Part shown: positions 8,285 to 16,303 of the stretch, in pieces
How positions within the stretch are numbered: position 1 is the first letter of the stretch
How the letters are laid out: each line of letters opens with the position of its first letter
The notes under the pieces: generated by a model
The model's database searches: none
What the model was told of the DNA's origin: nothing
What the model saw: only the letters and a program-made list of their open reading frames with translations
Made by a program: the position numbers and the translations under genes
Origin: Promethearchaeota archaeon
Lineage (GTDB): Archaea > Asgardarchaeota > Lokiarchaeia > Sigyniarchaeales > SOKP01
Direction: 5' to 3'
Assembly (NCBI GenBank): GCA_048940645.1
Contig: JBHLOI010000033.1
Location: forward strand, 22,121-39,744
DNA: 17,624 nt

Positions 8285-9298
8285 GTGAGTTTTATGATTG
8301 AATTCGAAGTATGGAAGCTCTATGAGGAGATGTTGCGAAGTCGCCTTTTTGAAAATGCTATAATGAATCTATGGGAAGAAGGAAAGATTTCAGGTGAGAT
8401 GCATCTTGGAACAGGAGAAGAAGCGATTATAGCAGGAGTAGTTTCGCAGTTAGAAGAGGGTGATGCTATGGCAGTTGATCATCGTGGAACACCTCCTTTT
8501 ATTATGCGAGGAGTAGACCCAATTTTGATTTTATTGGAACTTTTAGGACATCCTGGAGGTCTTTGCGCTGGAAAAGGTGGTCATATGCATCTCTTTTCCA
8601 AAGAACATTTAGTTTCATCTTCAGGTATAGTAGGGTCATCTGGGCCAGCAGCTATAGGCTTTGCATTAGCAATACAGCTTAAAAAACAAAAAAATATAGC
8701 TGTTGCTTTTTTCGGAGAAGGAGCCATTAATCAGGGAATGATGCTTGAATCAATGAACTTAGCGTCAGTCTGGAACTTACCTGTCCTCTTCGTTTGCAAA
8801 GATAACAATTGGGCGATTACCACGGTTAATGATAACTTTATAAGAGGGAATTTAATAGATAGAGCTAAAGGTTTTGGTATTGAAGGATATGAAGTCGATG
8901 GAACTGATGTAGAAGCAGTTTGGAAAGTAGTAAACGAAGCAATATTAAAAATACGTAATAATGGTGGACCTCAGTTTATCCATGCACATTGTGTGCACAA
9001 GGAAGGGCATTTTCTTGGAGATCCACTACTTAGATATAATCGAAATCCTTCCATGTTAGCAGAAGTTGCTGATTCTCTCAAGGAATACGCTGGAGAAAGT
9101 CTAGATGAAGTTCTTTTGCTTTTAAGCAAAATTAGAGGACAACTTAAAAAGAAAGTGGATCCTATAGTTGTTATTCAGAAAAAATTGAAGAACAACCCAG
9201 ATCGACTCAAACAGATAGAAGAAGAAGTAAGTATAGAAATTGAACAAATAGTCAACAATGCTTTAAATATTTTTACTGGAGGAATGAAGAATGACTAA
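8285..9298 (+). CDS. TPP-dependent 2-oxoacid/acetoin dehydrogenase E1 alpha subunit (likely start ATG 8294)
   Basis: GEMHLGTGEEA, DHRG, GKGGHMH, SGIVG, TPP motif FFGEGA...NN, VDGTDV, GHFLGDP; GTGAG just upstream of ATG 8294 could act as the SD. Confidence 0.92.
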   Translation: MSFMIEFEVWKLYEEMLRSRLFENAIMNLWEEGKISGEMHLGTGEEAIIAGVVSQLEEGDAMAVDHRGTPPFIMRGVDPILILLELLGHPGGLCAGKGGHMHLFSKEHLVSSSGIVGSSGPAAIGFALAIQLKKQKNIAVAFFGEGAINQGMMLESMNLASVWNLPVLFVCKDNNWAITTVNDNFIRGNLIDRAKGFGIEGYEVDGTDVEAVWKVVNEAILKIRNNGGPQFIHAHCVHKEGHFLGDPLLRYNRNPSMLAEVADSLKEYAGESLDEVLLLLSKIRGQLKKKVDPIVVIQKKLKNNPDRLKQIEEEVSIEIEQIVNNALNIFTGGMKND

Positions 9299-10304
9299 GA
9301 TGGGATTTGCTCAAGCAATTGAAAGCGCTATTGCTCAAGCTATGGAAGAAGATGAAAATATTATTATTATGGGAGAAGATGTACACACATTTCGGTTAAA
9401 TCTTTTCGCAAGATTTGGTAAAGAAAGAGTGAAACCAACACCTATAAGTGAAAGCGCATTTGTTGGTGCTGCGGTTACTGCCGCTATGGCTGGATTAAGA
9501 CCAATTGTAGAGGTAATGTTAGTTGACTTTATTGGTGTTACCTTGGATGCTATCTTTAATCATGCCGCAAAAATTTCATACTTTTCTGGGGATAAATGGC
9601 ATGTTCCTTTAGTTATAAGAACTGCTTGTGGTGGAGGTTATGGTGATGCAGGACAACATGAACAGAGTCTGTGGGGTTGGTTAGCTCATATACCTGGATT
9701 GTCAGTTGTTGTTCCATCAAATCCTGCTGATGCGGGGGGATTGATGCTTTCTGCTATTTATGAGAATAATCCTGTAATATTTTTCGAACATAAGTTACTT
9801 GCTGATTATTGGCTTGATTACATGGGAATTGGTGGGAGGACAACGGTTTCTTTTAATGTTCCAGAAGAGGGTGCAGAGGGAAATGTACCTGATAAATGGG
9901 AACCAATCCCTCTAGGCAAATTAAATCAGATGAAAGAGGGAAATGATATTACATTAGTTAGTGTTGGAGTTGGGGTTCATCGTTCTCTCGAAGCTGCTAA
10001 AATCTTAGAGGAAAAGGGTATATCAGTTGAAGTTTTAGACTTACGGAGCGTGTTTCCATTAGATTTAAAAGGGTTAAAGAATTCTGTTGCTAAAACAGGA
10101 GCATTACTCATCGTTGATGAAGATTACAAGAATTTCGGACTTTCAGGGGAGATATGTGCTATGCTATTAGAAGAAGAAATGCTATTCAAATACGGCCGTG
10201 TCTGCACTGAAACTACCATACCCTATTCAAGAGAATTAGAGGACCAGGTGTTACCAAATACAAATAGGATTATCAATGAAACCCTTAAAATCTTGAAAAA
10301 ATGA
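9291..10304 (+). CDS. TPP-dependent 2-oxoacid/acetoin dehydrogenase E1 beta subunit
   Basis: MGEDV, TPISESAFVGAA, GLRPIVE, GQHEQS, PVIFFEHK, EVLDLRS; 8-nt overlap with the alpha gene and GGAGG SD (translational coupling). Confidence 0.93.
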   Translation: MTKMGFAQAIESAIAQAMEEDENIIIMGEDVHTFRLNLFARFGKERVKPTPISESAFVGAAVTAAMAGLRPIVEVMLVDFIGVTLDAIFNHAAKISYFSGDKWHVPLVIRTACGGGYGDAGQHEQSLWGWLAHIPGLSVVVPSNPADAGGLMLSAIYENNPVIFFEHKLLADYWLDYMGIGGRTTVSFNVPEEGAEGNVPDKWEPIPLGKLNQMKEGNDITLVSVGVGVHRSLEAAKILEEKGISVEVLDLRSVFPLDLKGLKNSVAKTGALLIVDEDYKNFGLSGEICAMLLEEEMLFKYGRVCTETTIPYSRELEDQVLPNTNRIINETLKILKK

Positions 10305-10350
10305 ATTCATAAATTTATATCATTGTAAAGTAAAGAAAAAAAGAATTAAT

Positions 10351-10515
10351 TTATTCCTTCCGTAGGATAGTACTTAATTCCGTTTTAAGTAAATCTCTAA
10401 TTGCGACGCGAATGACTTCTGAACGATTAGGATACATATTCATATTAACTAATTCTTCAATACCTTTTAAATAAGCCTCAGGAATATGACAGGTTATAAG
10501 CTTTATTAAAACCAC
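10351..10515 (-). CDS. Small ribbon-helix-helix (CopG/CdrS-like) transcription regulator, not in ORF track
   Basis: Manual translation: (V)VLIKLITCHIPEAYLKGIEELVNMNMYPNRSEVIRVAIRDLLKTELSTILRKE*, with RHH beta-strand plus YPNRSE-x-IR-x-AIR-x-LL. Start is GTG 10515 or ATA 10506; stop TAA 10351-10353. Confidence 0.9.
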   Translation of the reverse strand: MVLIKLITCHIPEAYLKGIEELVNMNMYPNRSEVIRVAIRDLLKTELSTILRKE

Positions 10516-10720
10516 CCGTTACTATTGGAGTATTTTTTTTAATATTTAGGAGCAAGAACAGAATAATAATTGAATATAATATTACGATAATACATACGAA
10601 ATGCTAGTAAGAAATGTGAAAAATGCAAACACAGAATTATTTAAAAATTAAACTATCCATTTAATATATATAATAAAAGCACTTAATTTGTTCTTTTAAT
10701 AATTTACTATAACAGATAAT

Positions 10721-11368
10721 ATGGGCGAAAGAAAAAATTATGCATGGGTAGCTCCATGTATTGGTGGAATTGTTTCAATTATTGCGCTTTTAACACCTGC
10801 AGCGTATTTTTCATATTTTGGTGCTTCATTTAATCTCTGGATATGGGGATTAGCATCGCTTAATATTCCAGGCTATTTTGCTTATACGACATTTTCAGAT
10901 AATTTATTAATACTTATCCCATCAATTATTTGTACCTTAATTCTGATAGTTAGCTCAATTTTGATTTTGGCAAAAACTTACTCTTATAAAAAAGGCTCAG
11001 TAATAATTGATATTGCCAAGAAAAATTGGTTGATTGGATCAATCCTAATTATAATTGTTACAATCTTTTGGATGATTTGGTTAGAAGTTTCATATATATT
11101 AACACCAAATCCATATGGAATAACAATAAGTTTTTGGTCTTATGTAAATCCTGGATTTGGAGTAATTGGATTATTTATCAGTGGTGGTATAACAATAATT
11201 GGAGTTATAATATCAAAAAATCTTGCATATCGAAGTATTCCACAACAAATAATTAAAGCCTACTCCCCAAACTTTTGCCCACACTGTGGAAAAAAGGTTT
11301 TTAAAGAAGGCTATAAATTTTGTACTTACTGTGGATACAAATTTGAGAAAAGTGGTTTTACTTCTTAA
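10721..11368 (+). CDS. Four-TM membrane protein with C-terminal zinc ribbon
   Basis: Four hydrophobic helices, WIWGL in the first loop, C-terminal FCPHCG...FCTYCG. Confidence 0.85.
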   Translation: MGERKNYAWVAPCIGGIVSIIALLTPAAYFSYFGASFNLWIWGLASLNIPGYFAYTTFSDNLLILIPSIICTLILIVSSILILAKTYSYKKGSVIIDIAKKNWLIGSILIIIVTIFWMIWLEVSYILTPNPYGITISFWSYVNPGFGVIGLFISGGITIIGVIISKNLAYRSIPQQIIKAYSPNFCPHCGKKVFKEGYKFCTYCGYKFEKSGFTS

Positions 11369-11399
11369 ATTAGATAAAATAAAAAAAATTTGTTATAAA

Positions 11400-14021
11400 T
11401 TATTCAGAATCATTTACTTTTTCTTTTTCTTGTTGAGAGGGTATGTTTCCTTCAGGATAAATATTATAAATTTTTCTCGGTTTTATGTCATATCCGTCTT
11501 TTTCCATTAATTTATACAATTTACTAACGTTCTTTTCATTTGTAAGTTCCATAATCTCTCCCGCAAGGAGTGTATAAGAAAAGCCCGTTAAGAATGGAAT
11601 ACCCCCAAACATAACAACTACTACTAAAATTCCGAAGAAGAACATAAAGAGATCACCTTCTTCACCGAAAAAACCAGAAAAATCAATAGTTGTAAGAAAG
11701 GAGGTGAAAGTTATTAACGCAGAGACTCCAGCGATACCTTTTATGATAGATTGTGCCCAAATACTGATGGGCTCTATATCTCCTGGCTGTCTATATTTTT
11801 TATTTTGACGGAAGTAAACAACACCAGCATCATCTAGTAAAAAGTTGCCCGAAATAAAGAATGCAAACAATAGAAAGGACAAGATCATTGGCAATACACA
11901 ACATAACATATAGCCTCTTATAAAATCAAAAAATTCCGTAGAGCCGAAAACCTCAAAAGTTTGAGGTAAACCAAGTATAGGTGCTAAAGTATTATACGCA
12001 TAAAATCCTACAGCAATTGAAAGAAGTAAGGGTAAAATTAATCTCTTAACTTGTATGGTTAAACCAATCTCTTTTCTATCCTCCATATCTAACACAAGTA
12101 TGTCATGTTGATAACTCCTTGAAATTTTAAAGAATAAACTTCTCAACTTAACGAAGATGAAAGCAAATTGGGGAGCAAAACGATTATATAAGGCTGCCGT
12201 TAGAGGTAAAGCGCCATACCATACGATTATCACAATAAGAAAAGTTATAATGATCTCTGTATTATTAGAGCCAGAAATCAATGTATTGTTAAAGATATTC
12301 ATTAAAATTAAAAAGAGTACAAAAAACAAACTTATCAGAATTATTGCGATAGCATTAACATATACTGTGAGTTTATGTTGCTTTATATTTTTCCGTTGAT
12401 AACTCAGTCGTTTTCCCCAAACAGCAGCAATAACTATTCCTAAAACCAATAAGATCGAAAGAATGATAAATAATGGTAAACCCATAGGAAATAACGGCGA
12501 TAACCATAATCCCATTTCCTTCCTGCTCGATAAAGCTACAACTCTATCATCTCCCGAAAGGACATAATCTTTTTTACCATCACCATCAAAGTCATCAATA
12601 GTAAGTACTGAACTCGAATGATATTCAGTATTTAAAATTTGCAAATCTTCATGAGTAATAAAATTTATAAGTCTATAGCGTCCTACTTCGCTTAACCCTA
12701 TAAGTGGCATATGTCTTTCAAAAAAGATGATTTCATCTATTAGATCACCGTTCATATCTTCATGTAGTACATATACTTCTGCTTCGATCTCTAAACCCTG
12801 TATTGAATGCTCCCATATTACTTCTTGAGATGTAAGATCAATTGAAAAGATTTGTATTAGCTTTTCTCTAGGTTCATTCTCACCATACCAATACCCAACA
12901 TTTAATACGAAATAAGCTAAACCATCTCCCTCTGGACTATGAACGTACTCTAACCTTACGTCACTAGTAGTTGGTGGAAAAGTAAATTCTCGTATTAATG
13001 CTCCTGTAGACCCATCTCTTAGAGAAAAATTTCCATCCCATCGTGTTGTTAATATTTCTGGAATATTGTCTAAGTTTAAGTCTTCAATAATTAAATATTC
13101 ATTAATATCCTTAGTGAGAGGAATGTTATAAATGGGGCTAAGAAAATTAGAAGCACTTGTATTAAGCAAAATAATAGACCTAGAATCAAGGTATAATATG
13201 TGAGACTGACCAGAGTGCTCAAATAGCTCGAGTTTAGGAAAATTTGAGCGTTCAAAGACGGTACCATTGAATGCAGATATAGTTTTAGTCCTAGTTCCAT
13301 TGATTAAATAACTTGAAATATTAAAAGCATAATTAAGATCCCATCTATCATCCCAGGGATTATAGAAATCATACATTTCACCTTCTAATACAATTAGATC
13401 TTCACGATCATCAAATGCGTCAAATCCATCGTTTAAAGAGATTAAATCATGTATATAGAAATTAGTATAATTGAAAACGCCAACAGAGGGAATTGGTAAA
13501 TCTTCCCCATCACTTCCATTAATTATTAGATTAGTACACAAATTTAGATAAAAGTCTGGTACATAATGGTCATTCTGTTCTGTCCAGTTAGGAGAAATTG
13601 GAACTTTACTAATAAAATAATCCTTTTTACCATCACCATCAATATCCATTACAGGAAATAACTTTCTTACGGGAGTATTATACTCTCTTAACCATAATAC
13701 ATTTCCATTAGATCCATCCAAACAAAATACTCCCCCATATTGGATATTGGTGTAACGCTCTGGCCTATCAGTTCCTTGAATATCAGCAAAAGCTATAATT
13801 TCACTAATGCCATCTCCATTTATATCTTCACCCTTTAAAGGCGTTATTTCAATTGGATAAGTATCTAGAATATCCTCCCATGCCCATCCTGGCTGTAATT
13901 CCATTTGAGTTAAAAAAATCATACCAAATACTCCAAAAATTATAAAAGAAACAGCCACAAGTATTCGATTGACTGGTCGAGAATCATCATCTCTGAGCTT
14001 TTTAGTTTTCATACCTATCAA
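11400..14021 (-). CDS. FG-GAP/VCBS repeat beta-propeller protein with a multi-pass C-terminal membrane domain (likely start ATG 14012)
   Basis: N-terminal TM; Ca-binding blades DINGDGISE, DIDGDGKKD, DLNLDNIPE, DMNGDLIDE, DFDGDGKKD; PQQ-like LDGSNGNVLW and RDGSTG; about 7 C-terminal TM helices. Confidence 0.85.
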   Translation of the reverse strand: MIGMKTKKLRDDDSRPVNRILVAVSFIIFGVFGMIFLTQMELQPGWAWEDILDTYPIEITPLKGEDINGDGISEIIAFADIQGTDRPERYTNIQYGGVFCLDGSNGNVLWLREYNTPVRKLFPVMDIDGDGKKDYFISKVPISPNWTEQNDHYVPDFYLNLCTNLIINGSDGEDLPIPSVGVFNYTNFYIHDLISLNDGFDAFDDREDLIVLEGEMYDFYNPWDDRWDLNYAFNISSYLINGTRTKTISAFNGTVFERSNFPKLELFEHSGQSHILYLDSRSIILLNTSASNFLSPIYNIPLTKDINEYLIIEDLNLDNIPEILTTRWDGNFSLRDGSTGALIREFTFPPTTSDVRLEYVHSPEGDGLAYFVLNVGYWYGENEPREKLIQIFSIDLTSQEVIWEHSIQGLEIEAEVYVLHEDMNGDLIDEIIFFERHMPLIGLSEVGRYRLINFITHEDLQILNTEYHSSSVLTIDDFDGDGKKDYVLSGDDRVVALSSRKEMGLWLSPLFPMGLPLFIILSILLVLGIVIAAVWGKRLSYQRKNIKQHKLTVYVNAIAIILISLFFVLFLILMNIFNNTLISGSNNTEIIITFLIVIIVWYGALPLTAALYNRFAPQFAFIFVKLRSLFFKISRSYQHDILVLDMEDRKEIGLTIQVKRLILPLLLSIAVGFYAYNTLAPILGLPQTFEVFGSTEFFDFIRGYMLCCVLPMILSFLLFAFFISGNFLLDDAGVVYFRQNKKYRQPGDIEPISIWAQSIIKGIAGVSALITFTSFLTTIDFSGFFGEEGDLFMFFFGILVVVVMFGGIPFLTGFSYTLLAGEIMELTNEKNVSKLYKLMEKDGYDIKPRKIYNIYPEGNIPSQQEKEKVNDSE
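12564..13642. repeat. 26-nt direct repeat (25/26 identical) encoding DGDGKKDY in two propeller blades
   Basis: ataatc(t/c)tttttaccatcaccatcaa at 12564-12589 and 13617-13642. Confidence 0.8.
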
Positions 14022-14144
14022 ATACCTAATTTTTTTAATTTAGATTAAGATTTAATTAAAATAAAATTAAATTACATCATAATAAATTTTTAGGACAAAA
14101 ATCTACAAATAATTTTATAAGTTTCCAATCAGTGAAAAATCCTA

Positions 14145-16115
14145 ATGCAATCCAAATTTTTTATGAAAGCCTTATTATTATTAACCTTAGTTTTAGCATT
14201 CTTAATTCCAATTACCTTCCGAAATAGCACTTTCACACCCAAAAACATTTACTCAGTAGAACAATTTTTTACTCCAAATATTTTTCCTTCTAATTATGAA
14301 CAATATTCAAAAGGGAACTTTTCTGACTTCGAATGTTCAAAATACAATCTTTCAGTCTTTCTAAGTGAGGAAACCTCAACAGTATCAGGTAATTTAACGG
14401 TAGATTATTTTAATGATGATGCAATTAGTTTTTCACGACTCCCATTTCATATATATCCTTCAGGTATGCAATATGCTACCAGACCTGGACTTATTGAAAT
14501 TATAAATGTTACCACTTTAGAAAATCCTAAAACAGAATTACCATTTGAAGTTCTTTCAGGCCAGCAATTGATGTGGATAAATTTGAGCAGTGAATTAGAA
14601 CCTGAACATAGAGTGACTTTTTGCATTTCTTTTAATACCACACTTCCTGATGGTGGTATTGATAGGGGAAATGAACACGGCGCTGATGGAAGTCAAACAA
14701 GAATATTTAAATTTGCATCTTCTTATCCAATGCCATGTGTTTATGATGAATTAGATGGTTGGAATATTGATCCGTATCTACATGTAGGAGACCCATTCTA
14801 TTCAGATATGGCATACTATAATTTAACAATTGATGTACCAGAAGGGATAATTGTTGCTGCGACTGGAGAACTGATGGAAGCAAATTACTATAGTAATAGA
14901 AAAGTTTTACATTATAATCCTCATTACCCGGTAAGGGAAGTCACCTTTTCTGCATCTCGATATTTCAATATAGAATCAAATATTGTAAATGGGGTTAATA
15001 TATCAACCTATTTTCTTCCAAAATCTTATCCATTATGGCATTCTTGGGCATTAAGCATTGCCACTGAGGCATTAACCTTATATAATAATACTCTAGGAAT
15101 TTATCCATACAGTACTTTTAATGTCGTTGAAGAACATACTCAATTTGGGGGTATGGAATATCCCTTGCAAGTTTACATTACCTCTGCTGCGGATCAATAT
15201 GAATATCCAGAATATGCGTTAGAACTTATCATTGCTCATGAAACAGGTCATCAATGGTTTTATAACATGCTTGGTGTTGATGAAGTAGATTGGGGATTTT
15301 TAGATGAAGGATTAGCTGTTTGGATTACCGATTATTTCAGAGATATCCGTCACCCTGATTGGTACCTTTTTAGTCCTTATCGATATTTAAATACAGTCAG
15401 GGGCTATAATCTTACTGTTGGTTTACCAAATAAAATAAATCAATCTGTTTATGATGTTATTCCTATCAGTACAGATATATATTGGGATACTGCTTATATA
15501 AAAACGCCAACAGTTTTAGAAAATTTAAGGCAAACTGTTCTTCTGAATGATTTTATTCCTGGGTTAAGACTTTTCTTCCAAACTCATTATTTTGATTTTG
15601 CAACCTTGTCAGATCTTAAACATGCATTTGAAACAGTCTATGAAGGCTCGCTCGATTGGTACTTTTTACCATGGTTTAATAATGCGTATCTCCCCAAATA
15701 TAACTTTACTCAAGTTACATATGATACTGGAACCGATATTATGAACATAACCATTACGGATTTAAATAAAAATTTACATGAATATAAGTATTCACAAAAA
15801 ATTGAACTTAGGGTGTACTCTATCGGAGCATTTTTAAGATTTAGTGAAAGAATTTGGATAAACGACACCACAATGTTATCTTTTACCTTAGAACAAATTC
15901 CAGAAAGCGTTATCTTATTATATGATGATAATGTATTAGTACAATTATCTTATCTAGGACAAGACGAGCTAATTACAGAAGATATAGAAGTAAGTTATAC
16001 TGTACCTGTTTCATCACCAGAAATTCCGGGTTTTAACATCATAATTCTAATCACAGTATTAATTTTACTTGGAATTATAGTTTCACTGAAGAAAAATCGA
16101 TTTAAGATAAATTAA
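14145..16115 (+). CDS. Secreted, membrane-anchored M1-family zinc aminopeptidase with PGF/Loki-CTERM-like sorting signal
   Basis: Signal peptide; GGMEY exopeptidase motif; HETGHQWF (HExxH) plus downstream DEG; catalytic-Tyr region AYIK; C-terminal EIPGFNIIILITVLILLGIIVSLKKNRFKIN. Confidence 0.92.
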   Translation: MQSKFFMKALLLLTLVLAFLIPITFRNSTFTPKNIYSVEQFFTPNIFPSNYEQYSKGNFSDFECSKYNLSVFLSEETSTVSGNLTVDYFNDDAISFSRLPFHIYPSGMQYATRPGLIEIINVTTLENPKTELPFEVLSGQQLMWINLSSELEPEHRVTFCISFNTTLPDGGIDRGNEHGADGSQTRIFKFASSYPMPCVYDELDGWNIDPYLHVGDPFYSDMAYYNLTIDVPEGIIVAATGELMEANYYSNRKVLHYNPHYPVREVTFSASRYFNIESNIVNGVNISTYFLPKSYPLWHSWALSIATEALTLYNNTLGIYPYSTFNVVEEHTQFGGMEYPLQVYITSAADQYEYPEYALELIIAHETGHQWFYNMLGVDEVDWGFLDEGLAVWITDYFRDIRHPDWYLFSPYRYLNTVRGYNLTVGLPNKINQSVYDVIPISTDIYWDTAYIKTPTVLENLRQTVLLNDFIPGLRLFFQTHYFDFATLSDLKHAFETVYEGSLDWYFLPWFNNAYLPKYNFTQVTYDTGTDIMNITITDLNKNLHEYKYSQKIELRVYSIGAFLRFSERIWINDTTMLSFTLEQIPESVILLYDDNVLVQLSYLGQDELITEDIEVSYTVPVSSPEIPGFNIIILITVLILLGIIVSLKKNRFKIN

Positions 16116-16207
16116 ATTTAAACTCTTTTTTGTTAATTATCAATTACTTATTTAGTTTTAAAGAATAGTTAAGATAATTTAAAAAATAAAAAAAAATATT
16201 ATTATTT

Positions 16208-16281
16208 GGGGTACTTTAGAATTAGAATATCTACTCTACCACCATCCTTAATTTAAGAGGCTCCTAATTCTGAAGTGCTCC
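16208..16281 (+). other. Intergenic stem-loop / imperfect inverted repeat (candidate structured RNA)
   Basis: GGGGTACTTTAGAATTAG (16208-16225) pairs over all 18 positions with CTAATTCTGAAGTGCTCC (16264-16281): 15 Watson-Crick plus 3 G-U pairs on the + strand. Confidence 0.65.
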
Positions 16282-16303
16282 TTCCTTATAAATTATAAAA
16301 TTT

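Noticed and set aside
10598-10626. Three (G/A)AAATG direct repeats upstream of the RHH gene as an autoregulatory site
   Set aside because: Too short and irregularly spaced to distinguish from chance in AT-rich DNA
11026-14641. Short ORFs 11026-11256, 11286-11510, 12157-12399, 13091-13300 and 14447-14641
   Set aside because: Out-of-frame or antisense overlaps with confident CDSs; no motifs
16208-16281. tRNA, CRISPR repeat or IS end as an explanation for the stem-loop
   Set aside because: No cloverleaf or T-loop GTTCRA, single copy in the window, and no transposase or clear target-site duplication
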